Source: an uncultured Rikenellaceae bacterium (GTDB lineage Bacteria; Bacteroidota; Bacteroidia; Bacteroidales; VadinHA17). From it: a stretch of DNA of 64,000 nt. Positions 28,318 through 38,656 of the stretch are shown here, in pieces; position 1 is the stretch's first letter, and the number at the start of each line of letters is the position of its first letter. The position numbers and the translations under genes were made by a program. The stretch is from positions 8,885-72,884 of the forward strand of contig CAZXSW010000006.1 in NCBI GenBank assembly GCA_964642615.1. The letters are read 5' to 3'. The notes under the pieces were generated by a model. That model made no database searches. It was given only the letters and a program-made list of their open reading frames with translations, and was not told where the DNA came from.

Positions 28318-28893
28318 ATGCCTGAGCTACTCGACCAGCAGCTTTTCCTTTTCCTGAACTCCATCAACAGCCCTTTCATGGATAGGGTGATGTACTTAAT
28401 TACGGCAAAGCTCACCTGGGTACCCCTTTATCTTGCCCTGCTTTATACCTTTCATAAGAAAATGGGGAGGAAATTCTGGTTCTTTCTCATAATAATAGCC
28501 CTGTCAGTTCTCTTTGCCGACAGAGGATCAGTCGTGATTAAAAATACGGTTGACAGACCCCGTCCCTGTCATGAACAAGCCCTTGAAGGTCAGGTCCACC
28601 TTATCGGAGAAAGGTGCGGAGGGAGATACGGATTTGTTTCTTCACATGCCTCAAACGCATTCAATGTTGCCCTTCTCAGCCTGCTTGTCATAAGGAGGAG
28701 ATGGTTTACGATATCAATCTTTTTCTGGGCACTTATTGTGGGTTACAGCAGGATTTATGCCGGTGTCCACTATCCGGGTGATGTAATCTTTGGTTCATTG
28801 TTCGGAGCCCTTGTTGGATGGAGTATGTATTCGCTGTATGAATATGCCGGCGAAAAACTGCTTAAACCCGGTTCGTGGTTCATGAAGGAATGA
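28318..28893 (+). CDS. PAP2-family membrane phosphatase (undecaprenyl-diphosphatase/PgpB-like)
   Basis: 191 aa with the PAP2 motifs KNTVDRPRP, SSHASNAF and SRIYAGVHYPGDV. Confidence 0.85.
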   Translation: MPELLDQQLFLFLNSINSPFMDRVMYLITAKLTWVPLYLALLYTFHKKMGRKFWFFLIIIALSVLFADRGSVVIKNTVDRPRPCHEQALEGQVHLIGERCGGRYGFVSSHASNAFNVALLSLLVIRRRWFTISIFFWALIVGYSRIYAGVHYPGDVIFGSLFGALVGWSMYSLYEYAGEKLLKPGSWFMKE

Positions 28894-28963
28894 GCATAGG
28901 GCACGTCCGGAAAATCATTCATCTGACCGGAATAAGAATACTGATGCTTAACTATTCGCTGCC

Positions 28964-29914
28964 ATGTTATGTATTTTAAACGATTCGAACGATCCTTTTT
29001 TTAACCTGGCTATCGAGGAATACCTTCTTAAAAACAGCAGGAGGGAGTATCTTATACTGGGGATAAACAGTCAGTCGGTTATCATAGGAAAGCACCAGGT
29101 AGCTCACCGTGAGACAGATACGCGCTATGTAACTGAAAACAATATCCCCGTCATCCGGCGCATTTCAGGCGGAGGAACTGTCTTTCATGACCAGGGGAAC
29201 GTTAATTTTTCTTTTCTGGCAAACAGTGAAAAGGGAAGGCAGATCGATTTCATTAAATATACCTCCCCGATAATGTGTTTCCTTGAATCAGAAGGGATCA
29301 AAGCCTCGCTCGAAGGGAAGAACGATATAAAGACAGCAGGACTGAAGATCTCGGGAAATGCCGAACATGTCTGGAAAGAAAGAGTGCTGCACCACGGGAC
29401 CCTTCTTTTCGATGCCGACCTTGACAGAATGGGTCGATCGCTGTGTAAGGATACGGGCAGCTACGGTACAAGGGCTGTCAACTCAAATCCATCACAGGTT
29501 ATCAATATCTCGGCAGTGACAGGTCGCAAAACAGAAATCCTTGATTTCATTAATGCCATGGCCTCATGGTTCGTCAATAACATCCCGGAAACTGAGGTCA
29601 GTTATCTTACAGAGGTCGAAAAAAATGCAGCCCGCTCTCTGGCAGAAGATAAATACCATAGCTGGGAATGGAATTACGGATATGGTCCTGAGTACCATTT
29701 TACCGCTTTGTCGGAGTATAAATGTAATTTGTACACTATTAAGTTCTTTGTCAGGAGTGGAATAATTACAGAATGCAGTATAAGCGGTAAGGGAGACCTG
29801 GAGAAGGCAGCTGAGATATTTGAGGGATGCCGGCATATGCCGGGGGACATAAGTGAACGGCTTGCAGCTAAGGGTATAACAGCTGATCAGGATTTCATAT
29901 TCAGCCTGTTTTAA
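28964..29914 (+). CDS. lplA: Lipoate--protein ligase
   Basis: 316 aa with RRISGGGTVFHDQGN and KISGNA motifs of the LplA/BPL_LplA_LipB family. Confidence 0.85.
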   Translation: MLCILNDSNDPFFNLAIEEYLLKNSRREYLILGINSQSVIIGKHQVAHRETDTRYVTENNIPVIRRISGGGTVFHDQGNVNFSFLANSEKGRQIDFIKYTSPIMCFLESEGIKASLEGKNDIKTAGLKISGNAEHVWKERVLHHGTLLFDADLDRMGRSLCKDTGSYGTRAVNSNPSQVINISAVTGRKTEILDFINAMASWFVNNIPETEVSYLTEVEKNAARSLAEDKYHSWEWNYGYGPEYHFTALSEYKCNLYTIKFFVRSGIITECSISGKGDLEKAAEIFEGCRHMPGDISERLAAKGITADQDFIFSLF

Positions 29915-30060
29915 TTTTAGTTACTTCCTTAATTTGCAGCTTCTCAGTAACAGATTCCGGATAAAATTACTACATTGGATTATTAATTCAGCGATTGGAA
30001 AGTGGGCCGGGTTTCACGCATACCACTGATCTCTGGACAAGAATTATCAGTTATTGACAT

Positions 30061-30798
30061 ATGGATATTGTAAAGTCGGGCCTGGTATGGTTGACCGGTG
30101 TGTTGTACATGCTGGTCCTGTTTCCTGTAACCTTTGTGGTATGGTTGTTATTGCTGCCCTTCGACAGGGAAAGAACGGTAACTCACATGCTGCTTGTATA
30201 TCAGTCGTGGCTGATCTGTCACATCATGCCGGTCTGGAGTCTTGAGACCATAAGAAGCAGGAAGCTTACAGAAGGAAAGACCTTTGTAGTAATTTCAAAT
30301 CATCAGTCGATACTTGACATTCTATTTATCAATAGTCTGTGCTTACGTTATAAGTGGGTATCCAAAATAGAAAATTTGAAAGTGCCTGTTCTTGGATGGT
30401 ATCTGAAGATGGCAGGCTATCTGATTGTCGACAGGGGGGACCGTGACAGCAAGGACAGGATGATGGAAGATGCCCTTTCGTGTCTGCGGAGAGGCACGTC
30501 TGTTATGATGTTCCCTGAAGGTACAAGATCGGCCGGCGGAGAGATGGGGTCTTTTAAAAGAGGGGCCTTTCAGCTAGCAATAGCTTCAGGGAAACCTGTA
30601 TTGCCTGTGATTATAGACGGTACGGGAGATATTCTGCCAAAGCACGGCTTTCTATTCAGGAGGGGTCACAGGGTGAGGATCAGGGTGCTTGAGCCGGTTG
30701 ACCCTCACGATTTTGTTACAGACAACCACGATGATCTGGCTTTATGGTTCAATGATTACATGAAGAAGGAACTTGAAAAACTGAGAAGCACTTATTGA
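30061..30798 (+). CDS. plsC: 1-acyl-sn-glycerol-3-phosphate acyltransferase
   Basis: 245 aa with the acyltransferase motifs NHQSILD (HxxxxD) and FPEGTRS. Confidence 0.85.
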   Translation: MDIVKSGLVWLTGVLYMLVLFPVTFVVWLLLLPFDRERTVTHMLLVYQSWLICHIMPVWSLETIRSRKLTEGKTFVVISNHQSILDILFINSLCLRYKWVSKIENLKVPVLGWYLKMAGYLIVDRGDRDSKDRMMEDALSCLRRGTSVMMFPEGTRSAGGEMGSFKRGAFQLAIASGKPVLPVIIDGTGDILPKHGFLFRRGHRVRIRVLEPVDPHDFVTDNHDDLALWFNDYMKKELEKLRSTY

Positions 30799-30802
30799 GA
30801 TT

Positions 30803-31612
30803 ATGGTCAGAGATGCCGGATACAGGAGAATCCTTTACAGAATGGGTTACTACGAATACCAGCAGGGACTTGTATTCAGACACCTGAACCAGGAAGGAGG
30901 ATGGGACCTGCATCTTGGGAATTGCCGTGATTTTATACTGAGGTCGGTCATGAGCAGGCAGCCGGCCATTCTTACAGTTCTGGGCAGCGGATGGCTACTC
31001 GACCTTCCTCTGGGTGAACTGGCCGCCATGACGCAAAAAATTTACCTGGTCGACATTATCCATCCGCCCATGATACGTGAGAAGATTGAAAACCTTGGTA
31101 ACATAGAACTAATGGAGGAGGATGTCACCGGAGGCCTTATAAAAGAAGTATGGGAAACCTGCAGGGGTACATCAGTTTTCAGAAAAAAAACTGAAAAATC
31201 CGACATCACAGTTCCTGACTATGAACCCGTTTACGAACAGGGAATGGTGGTATCACTTAATCTTCTTACCCAGCTTGAGGCACTGCCATGCAGATTTCTC
31301 GAACGGCATGCACTTATGTCGCACGATGACCTTACCGCCCTGAAAAGTGAGATACAGCAAAGTCATCTAAGCTTCCTTCTGAAGCGCGATTCTGTTCTGA
31401 TAACAGACACATGCGAAGTTGAAACTGACTCAGGTGGGAGGATGACAACTATTCCGTCACTGCTTACCGGACTTCCTTCAGGAAAGATAAACAGTGAATG
31501 GGAATGGGATTTCGATAATGAAAAATCAGACTATTATATGAAGAAATCAGTTTTCATGGTCTCGGCAAGATGCTATCTGAATGAACAGGGAAGACATAAC
31601 AGGGATTTATAA
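30803..31612 (+). CDS. Hypothetical protein (possible degenerate Rossmann/SAM-MTase-like fold)
   Basis: 269 aa. ILTVLGSGWLLDLPL followed by IYLVDI weakly resembles motifs I/II of class I methyltransferases. Its 3' end overlaps the next ORF by 32 nt. Confidence 0.45.
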   Translation: MVRDAGYRRILYRMGYYEYQQGLVFRHLNQEGGWDLHLGNCRDFILRSVMSRQPAILTVLGSGWLLDLPLGELAAMTQKIYLVDIIHPPMIREKIENLGNIELMEEDVTGGLIKEVWETCRGTSVFRKKTEKSDITVPDYEPVYEQGMVVSLNLLTQLEALPCRFLERHALMSHDDLTALKSEIQQSHLSFLLKRDSVLITDTCEVETDSGGRMTTIPSLLTGLPSGKINSEWEWDFDNEKSDYYMKKSVFMVSARCYLNEQGRHNRDL

Positions 31613-33383
31613 TTCCCTCAGAGACCGGTATGGGCTTCTTCTCGCCGCAGAGCAGAGGAAATTGTCGGTGATTTCGTGGATGAGGCTTTTACTTTTTCTT
31701 GCCGGAGTCGTTATTTCAATAATGCTTTATAGCTATAATACCGTTGCCGGAACATCTGGTGTTGCAATTACACTTATTCTTTTCCTCTTCCTTGTCAGGA
31801 GCTTCAGTATTTCTTCAGAAAGGATAAGTCTTTATGAAAACCTTGTAAGGATTAACGACAATGAGCTTAAAGCCCTTGAAGGGGATTATTCAGAATTTGA
31901 CGGCGGAGAAGAATACCGCGACCGCTCACACGATTATTCAGAAGACATTGATCTGTTCGGGGATGATTCCATGTTCAGCTATCTTAACAGGACCGTGACG
32001 GGACATGGAAGCAGGATTCTTGCTTCGTGGGTTAAAGGGAAAGGACCTTTGGGAGAAGACCTGATGGAACGGCAGGCAGCAGTCAGGGAGTTGTCGTCAA
32101 TGCCTGAATGGAGGCAGGGTTTTATGGCTGCTGGGCCCGGAGGAAAGTCCGACATCAGTGGTATGGAGGCTCTTTACAGGTGGCTTGCCGGTACTGGTGA
32201 TACCCCCGGAATACCATTGCTGAAGTTACTGTCAGTTGCTTGTCCCGCCGCTGCCGTAATAAGTCTGATCATGGCAGTTGTGTCGCTTATACCCATGAAT
32301 GTGTTTGTAATAGTCTTCCTTGTTAACCTGATGATTGAAGGCGTATATCTTAAAAAGATTAATGCAATCCATTCCACAGTCACAGGGAGACATGGTTACC
32401 TGTCTCTTGTTATGAAGCTTATCAGAACCTTTGAGACCGGAGAGTTCAGATCACCGCTTCTGCTTTCAGTCCGAAACAGCCTGTGTTCTGAAAGCGGTTC
32501 CGCAGCAGGCAGAATAAAGGATTTCAACGCTATTGTAAAGTCGTTCGATACAAGACTTAATATGTTTGCGGGAGTTTTACTTAACGGACTGTTTCTGTGG
32601 GATATCTCTTGTGTTTTAAGGCTTCACAGATGGAGGGAAGCAGTTAAAAATGACCTTCCCTTCTGGATAGATCAGATAGGTAAGGTCGACGGGCTCATCA
32701 GTCTGGCAAACCACGCTTATAATAATCCTGACTATGCCTATCCTGTTATTACTGGTTCCGGACCAGTATTCAGGGCTGAAAACCTTGGGCATCCTCTTCT
32801 TGACAGGAGAATGAGGATAACAAACGACATTGTTATGGATAAGGGTCAGGTTTTAATCATTACGGGAGCCAACATGGCCGGGAAGAGCACTTTTCTCAGA
32901 AGCGTTGCCGTAAATATTGTCCTGGCCCGTACAGGTGCTCCCGTATGTGCAACCGGGATGGCAGCTATGCCTCACAGCTTGTTTACAAGCATGCGCACGA
33001 CAGATTCGCTAAGCCACAACGAGTCGTACTTCTATGCTGAATTGCAGCGTCTTAAGATACTTAAGGAAAGACTTGAATCGGGTGAAGATATATTTTTCGT
33101 ACTCGATGAGATCCTGAAAGGTACCAATTCAAATGATAAAAGTCTGGGATCAAAACTATTTCTTAAGAAGCTTGTTGGCCTGGGTGCTTCCGGTCTTATT
33201 GCTACCCACGACACCTCTCTGGGAGATTTGGAGGAAGAATTTAAGGGAACGGTTGTTAATAAATGTTTTGAGATCGACATTAACGGTGATGAGATTTATT
33301 TCGATTATAAGCTTCGTGACGGGGTAACCCACAGGATGAATGCTGCGCTTCTTATGAAACAGATGGGTATAGCCGGTGAGTGA
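31581..33383 (+). CDS. Membrane-anchored MutS-family ATPase paralogue (MutS domain V only)
   Basis: 600 aa with hydrophobic helices near residues 30-75 and 215-255. The C-terminal MutS ATPase motifs GANMAGKSTFLR, DEILKGTN and ATHD are present. No mismatch-binding or clamp domains are evident. Confidence 0.8.
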   Translation: MNREDITGIYNSLRDRYGLLLAAEQRKLSVISWMRLLLFLAGVVISIMLYSYNTVAGTSGVAITLILFLFLVRSFSISSERISLYENLVRINDNELKALEGDYSEFDGGEEYRDRSHDYSEDIDLFGDDSMFSYLNRTVTGHGSRILASWVKGKGPLGEDLMERQAAVRELSSMPEWRQGFMAAGPGGKSDISGMEALYRWLAGTGDTPGIPLLKLLSVACPAAAVISLIMAVVSLIPMNVFVIVFLVNLMIEGVYLKKINAIHSTVTGRHGYLSLVMKLIRTFETGEFRSPLLLSVRNSLCSESGSAAGRIKDFNAIVKSFDTRLNMFAGVLLNGLFLWDISCVLRLHRWREAVKNDLPFWIDQIGKVDGLISLANHAYNNPDYAYPVITGSGPVFRAENLGHPLLDRRMRITNDIVMDKGQVLIITGANMAGKSTFLRSVAVNIVLARTGAPVCATGMAAMPHSLFTSMRTTDSLSHNESYFYAELQRLKILKERLESGEDIFFVLDEILKGTNSNDKSLGSKLFLKKLVGLGASGLIATHDTSLGDLEEEFKGTVVNKCFEIDINGDEIYFDYKLRDGVTHRMNAALLMKQMGIAGE

Positions 33384-33522
33384 GATTTTATTTGCCCACA
33401 TCTTAATACACTCATTTAGCCGGTGTCAGCTTCCACTTGATAGTATATACCGGAGCTCCTGTTTGGTAAAAACTAAGCTGTATTGTTGAAAAATTTAAAG
33501 ACAACCGCCTCCCCTAAATAGT

Positions 33523-33530
33523 TATATTTG
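33523..33530 (+). promoter_or_regulatory. Candidate -7 promoter element TAnnTTTG (TATATTTG) for parE-parC-aroK
   Basis: Exact consensus match 18 nt upstream of the ATG at 33548. Confidence 0.45.
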
Positions 33531-33547
33531 CGCAAAAATTCTGAAAA

Positions 33548-35416
33548 ATGTCGGTTGTCGGTTATTCTGAAGAGCATATCAAGACCCTTGAATGGCGCGA
33601 ACATATAAGGCTGAGGCCCGGTATGTATATTGGCAAGCTTGGCGACGGGTCGTCACGTGATGACGGCATTTACGTACTTATCAAGGAGGTGATGGACAAT
33701 GCCATTGATGAGCACATGATGGGTTTCGGCAAGAAGATAGATGTGTCGATCAATGGTCGTGAGGTAAGAATCAGGGACTTTGGAAGGGGTATTCCTCTCG
33801 GGAAGCTTACTGAAGCTGTTTCAAGGATGAATACAGGTGCCAAGTACGATTCAAAGGCTTTCAAGAAGTCGGTAGGGCTCAACGGGGTTGGTGTTAAGGC
33901 TGTGAATGCTCTTTCGAGCAGGTTTATTATCAGGTCGGTTCGCGACGGACAGGAAAGGATCACCGAGTTTGAGCATGGAGTAACAACAAAGGAGCATCCG
34001 CAGAGGCCTACGGATGATGAAAACGGGGTTGAGGTTGTTTTTGAACCTGACGACGCACTGTTTGGCAACTATCGCTATCTGTCCGAATACGTTGATTCAC
34101 TGCTCAGGAATTATGTATATCTGAATTCAGGGCTGGTGATCAACTTTAACGGTACCAGGTTCTTTTCAAAAAACGGACTTGTCGACCTCCTTAATGAGAA
34201 CATGAGTAAAGAGGGACTTTACCCCATAATCCATCTCAGGGGTGAGGATATTGAAGTCGCTTTTACCCACGGATATCAGTATGGTGAGGAATACTACAGC
34301 TTTGTCAACGGACAGAACACCACCCAGGGAGGGACACATCTTATCTCTTTCAGGGAAGCAATAGTTAAGACAATACGTGATTTTTACAGGAAGGACTATG
34401 ATCCTTCCGACATACGATCGTCAATTATTGCAGCCGTCAGCATCAAGGTTGAAGAACCGGTGTTTGAATCACAGACAAAAACAAAGCTTGGTTCAAAGGA
34501 CATGGGACCTTCGGGCCCTTCTATCCGCTATTTCATCGGCGAATTTGTAAAGAAACAGCTCGATGACTATCTTCACAAGAACCCCGAGACTGCAAGGATC
34601 CTTCAGCGAAGGATTCTCGATTCAGAGAAGGAGCGGAAGGCTATTTCCTCGATCCAGAAACTGGCAAAGGAAAGGGCAAAGAAGGTGAGCCTTCATAACA
34701 AGAAACTAAGGGACTGCAGGGTACATTATAATACAAACGATCCCAACAGGCTCGAGTCCACACTATTCATCACCGAGGGTGATTCGGCCAGCGGGAGTAT
34801 AACAAAATCAAGGAATGTTGAGTCCCAGGCTGTCTTCAGCCTCCGGGGCAAGCCTCTCAATTCATACGGTCTGACGAAGAAGATCGTTTATGAGAATGAG
34901 GAGTTCAACCTTCTTCAGGCTGCACTTAACATTGAGGACGGAATAGAGAACCTCAGATACAACAACGTGGTGCTTGCCACTGATGCCGACGTCGACGGCA
35001 TGCATATACGGCTGCTTATGCTGACCTTCTTCCTGCAGTTCTTCCCCGACCTGGTCAGAAAGGGTCATGTATACATACTTCAGACGCCACTTTTCAGAGT
35101 ACGAAACAAGAAAGAAACAAAATACTGCTATACTCCTGAGGAAAAGGCAAAGGCTATTTCAAGCCTGGGTCCTAATCCGGAGATTACACGATTCAAGGGA
35201 CTTGGAGAGATATCCCCCGACGAGTTTATCCATTTCATCGGAAAAGATATAAGACTCGAGCCTGTCAGGATGAGAAAAACAGATACCATTAACGGATACC
35301 TCGAGTTTTATATGGGAAAGAACACCCCCGAAAGACAGGATTTCATAATCGATAACCTGAGGGTAGAAGAAGACCTTGTTGAAGAGGATATTGCAGTTGA
35401 CCAACAGATCGTCTGA
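33548..35416 (+). CDS. parE: Type IIA topoisomerase subunit B (topoisomerase IV ParE-type)
   Basis: 622 aa with a GHKL ATPase N-terminus ([15 protein letters not shown]), Toprim EGDSA and DADVDG. The short length and pairing with an 877 aa A subunit fit Bacteroidota topo IV rather than gyrase. Confidence 0.85.
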   Translation: MSVVGYSEEHIKTLEWREHIRLRPGMYIGKLGDGSSRDDGIYVLIKEVMDNAIDEHMMGFGKKIDVSINGREVRIRDFGRGIPLGKLTEAVSRMNTGAKYDSKAFKKSVGLNGVGVKAVNALSSRFIIRSVRDGQERITEFEHGVTTKEHPQRPTDDENGVEVVFEPDDALFGNYRYLSEYVDSLLRNYVYLNSGLVINFNGTRFFSKNGLVDLLNENMSKEGLYPIIHLRGEDIEVAFTHGYQYGEEYYSFVNGQNTTQGGTHLISFREAIVKTIRDFYRKDYDPSDIRSSIIAAVSIKVEEPVFESQTKTKLGSKDMGPSGPSIRYFIGEFVKKQLDDYLHKNPETARILQRRILDSEKERKAISSIQKLAKERAKKVSLHNKKLRDCRVHYNTNDPNRLESTLFITEGDSASGSITKSRNVESQAVFSLRGKPLNSYGLTKKIVYENEEFNLLQAALNIEDGIENLRYNNVVLATDADVDGMHIRLLMLTFFLQFFPDLVRKGHVYILQTPLFRVRNKKETKYCYTPEEKAKAISSLGPNPEITRFKGLGEISPDEFIHFIGKDIRLEPVRMRKTDTINGYLEFYMGKNTPERQDFIIDNLRVEEDLVEEDIAVDQQIV

Positions 35417-35421
35417 TACCT

Positions 35422-38055
35422 ATGGAAGAACAGGAATTTGATATTGAAAGACCTGAAGATAAAGAAGAAATGACCCCGGATGCAGGCCAGGGCATCTTTC
35501 ATTCCCTTACTGCACTCTCGGGGATGTACCAGGACTGGTTCCTTGATTATGCTTCTTATGTCATTCTTGAACGTGCCGTACCCCATCTGAACGACGGGCT
35601 GAAACCCGTTCAGAGAAGGATTCTTCATTCCATGAAACGGATGGATGACGGAAGGTTCAACAAGGTGGCCAACATAATCGGCCACACAATGCAGTTTCAT
35701 CCTCACGGTGATGCTTCGATAGGAGATGCACTTGTTCAGCTTGGACAGAAGGACCTTCTTGTTGAAACCCAGGGTAACTGGGGAAACCTTCTGACAGGTG
35801 ACGGATCGGCTGCCCCGCGTTATATCGAGGCACGCCTTTCAAAGTTTGCCCTTGAGGTAGTCTTCAATCCGAAGACCACTGAATGGAAACTCTCGTACGA
35901 CGGCCGAAACAAAGAACCCGTTACCCTTCCTGTTAAATTTCCCCTGCTTCTGGCTCAGGGAGGAGAGGGTATTGCCGTTGGACTTGCCTCCAAGATCCTG
36001 CCCCACAACTTCAACGAACTTATAGATGCCTCAATAGACTATCTCTCAGGAAAGGAATTTGTGCTTTATCCTGACTTCCCGACAGGAGGATTCATTGATG
36101 CATCAAAATATAACGACGGACAGAGAGGCGGGGCGGTTAAGGTAAGGGCGAAAATTGAAAAGATTGACAAAAAGGCTCTGGTCATCACTGATCTGCCTTT
36201 TGGCAAAACAACTACTACTCTCATCGATTCTATAATAAAAGCCAACGAGAAAGGCAAGATCAAAATCAGGAAGATAGATGACAATACCTCGGCGAATGTC
36301 GAGATAGTGATCCATCTGGTACCCGGAGTTTCGCCCGACAAAACCATAGATGCACTCTATGCCTTTACAGATTGCGAATATTCAATCTCTCCCAATACCT
36401 GCGTCATTACAGGCAGTAAGCCCTCGTTCATGGGTGTCTCCGACATCCTGCGCCACTCAGCCGACAATACTGTCAGACTTCTCACGACAGAACTTCAGAT
36501 CAGGGAGAATGAACTGATGGAAGAATGGCATATGTCTTCCCTGGAGAAAATTTTTATTGAAGAGAAAATCTACAGGGATATAGAAGAGTGTGAGACCTGG
36601 GAAGCGGTTATCAAGGCTATTGACAGCGGACTTGAACCCTTTAAGAAGAAACTTTTCAGAGAGGTCACCAGGGAAGATATACTGCACCTGACAGAGATAA
36701 AGATCAAGAGGATATCAAAATATGACTCGAAGAAGGCTGATGAACATATAAGGGATATTGAGACCGGTCTTGAGGAAGTAAGAGCTCACCTTAAAAACAT
36801 TATAGCCTATTCAATAAACTATTTCAGGCAGATAAAGAAAAAATACGGCAAAAACCGGGAGAGAAAGACCGAGATAAGGAATTTTGATACCATCGAAGCT
36901 GCAAAGGTTGTTGCCAACAATGCAAAGCTCTATATCAACTACAAGGAAGGCTTTATTGGCACAGGCCTTAAAAAGGATGAGTTTGTATGCGACTGTTCAG
37001 ATATCGACGATATTATAGTAATTAGGAAAGACGGAGGATATCTTGTTACAAGGATTGCCGAGAAAGTATTTGTGGGTAATGACATCCTTTATGCCCATGT
37101 CTTTTTAAAGAATGACGAACGGACAATATATAATATTGTATACCAGGATGGGAAAGACGGTCCTCTGCTTGTCAAACGCTGTCCTGTTTCCGGACTTACC
37201 CGTGATAAGGAATATAACCTTACAAGGGGAACTCCCGGTTCAAGGATTGTCTATTTCAGTGCCAACCCCAATGGCGAAGCCGAGGTTATAAAGGTACATC
37301 ACAAGCCCAGGGCCAGGCTTAAGAAGCCGGTATTTGAATTCGACTTCGGCATGCTTGCCATCAAGGGGAAATCATCCATGGGTAATATACTGACCCGTAA
37401 TCCTGTACATAAGATAAGCCTTAAGGAGAAAGGCCTTTCAACCCTTGGAGGCAGGAAGATTTGGTTCGATGATGCCGTGTACAGGTTGAATGTTGACGGC
37501 CGGGGAACCTTTCTTGGTGAATTCAGCGCCGACGACAAGATCCAGGTTATTACAAGGGATGGTTTTTTCAGAATAGCAGGCTTCGACCTTTCAAGCCATT
37601 TCGAGGAAAATATACTTCTTATTGAGAAATACAGGCCAGGGAAGGTGTATTCGGTAATTTACTGGGATCAGGAACTTCAGTTCTACTACCTTAAAAGGTT
37701 CACCATTGAGGAATCGGAAAGACCTCTCTGCTTTGTAAGCGAGTTCCCCGGATCAAAACTCATAAGCATCACTGAGGTTGAATACCCCCGCTTTGAGATC
37801 CATTTCGGAGGCAAACACAAGGAACGTGAGACTGAAATAATCGAAGTTGCCGGGTTCATCGGGGTCAAGAGCTACAAGGCCAAAGGGAAGCGTCTTACAA
37901 GCTATATGGTCGATAACATCCAGGAGATAGAACCGGTTGTGAAAAAGGAAGTCAGCATTCCTCCCGCCGGCGGCGAAGATGAAGAAGAGGACAGGGAAAT
38001 TCCTGATATCCAGAAGCAACACGATGATCCGGCACAGATGAAACTGGAGCTGTAA
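35422..38055 (+). CDS. parC: Type IIA topoisomerase subunit A (topoisomerase IV ParC-type)
   Basis: 877 aa with LKPVQRRIL, HPHGD and the catalytic-Tyr motif AAPRYIEARL. Confidence 0.85.
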   Translation: MEEQEFDIERPEDKEEMTPDAGQGIFHSLTALSGMYQDWFLDYASYVILERAVPHLNDGLKPVQRRILHSMKRMDDGRFNKVANIIGHTMQFHPHGDASIGDALVQLGQKDLLVETQGNWGNLLTGDGSAAPRYIEARLSKFALEVVFNPKTTEWKLSYDGRNKEPVTLPVKFPLLLAQGGEGIAVGLASKILPHNFNELIDASIDYLSGKEFVLYPDFPTGGFIDASKYNDGQRGGAVKVRAKIEKIDKKALVITDLPFGKTTTTLIDSIIKANEKGKIKIRKIDDNTSANVEIVIHLVPGVSPDKTIDALYAFTDCEYSISPNTCVITGSKPSFMGVSDILRHSADNTVRLLTTELQIRENELMEEWHMSSLEKIFIEEKIYRDIEECETWEAVIKAIDSGLEPFKKKLFREVTREDILHLTEIKIKRISKYDSKKADEHIRDIETGLEEVRAHLKNIIAYSINYFRQIKKKYGKNRERKTEIRNFDTIEAAKVVANNAKLYINYKEGFIGTGLKKDEFVCDCSDIDDIIVIRKDGGYLVTRIAEKVFVGNDILYAHVFLKNDERTIYNIVYQDGKDGPLLVKRCPVSGLTRDKEYNLTRGTPGSRIVYFSANPNGEAEVIKVHHKPRARLKKPVFEFDFGMLAIKGKSSMGNILTRNPVHKISLKEKGLSTLGGRKIWFDDAVYRLNVDGRGTFLGEFSADDKIQVITRDGFFRIAGFDLSSHFEENILLIEKYRPGKVYSVIYWDQELQFYYLKRFTIEESERPLCFVSEFPGSKLISITEVEYPRFEIHFGGKHKERETEIIEVAGFIGVKSYKAKGKRLTSYMVDNIQEIEPVVKKEVSIPPAGGEDEEEDREIPDIQKQHDDPAQMKLEL

Positions 38056-38573
38056 TGAATTCAGGCAGGATTATATACATTATTGGTTTCATGGGCTGTG
38101 GCAAAACCACCGCGGGAAAAAAGCTGGCAGCTGCCCTTGGTTGGCAATATGCCGACCTTGATAAGCTTATTGAAACAGAGACAGGGAAAAAGATTCATGA
38201 GATATTTGAGGAATCGGGAGAAGCCGGATTCAGGGAGACTGAGACCAGGGCGCTGCTCGGATTAAATCCTGATTCAGATGTTGTGGTTTCGACCGGTGGC
38301 GGAACCCCCTGCTTCAATCAGAATATGGACTTCATGCTTAAGACAGGCCTTACCATCTACCTGAAGCTTAGTCCCGGAGTACTGAAAAGCAGGCTCGAAG
38401 ACTCATCCACTGTCAGGCCCCTGATAAAAGACATAAAAAATGACGATCTTGAGGCTTATATAGCCGGAAAGCTAGGCGAAAGAGAAAAGTGGTACAATAA
38501 GGCAGATCTGATCGTGGATGCCTTTTCATGCACCGGTTCCTGCCTTGCTGATCTTGTTTTGGAGAGACTATAA
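38055..38573 (+). CDS. aroK: Shikimate kinase
   Basis: 172 aa with the P-loop GFMGCGKTT and the STGGG motif. Its ATG overlaps the parC stop (TAATG). Confidence 0.9.
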   Translation: MNSGRIIYIIGFMGCGKTTAGKKLAAALGWQYADLDKLIETETGKKIHEIFEESGEAGFRETETRALLGLNPDSDVVVSTGGGTPCFNQNMDFMLKTGLTIYLKLSPGVLKSRLEDSSTVRPLIKDIKNDDLEAYIAGKLGEREKWYNKADLIVDAFSCTGSCLADLVLERL

Positions 38574-38656
38574 GGCTGATTATTGATTATATTTTCTTAA
38601 TTTTAAGGACTAACGGGTTTGCGTGCTTTAGCAGAAACATCCTTTTAATAGAATAT

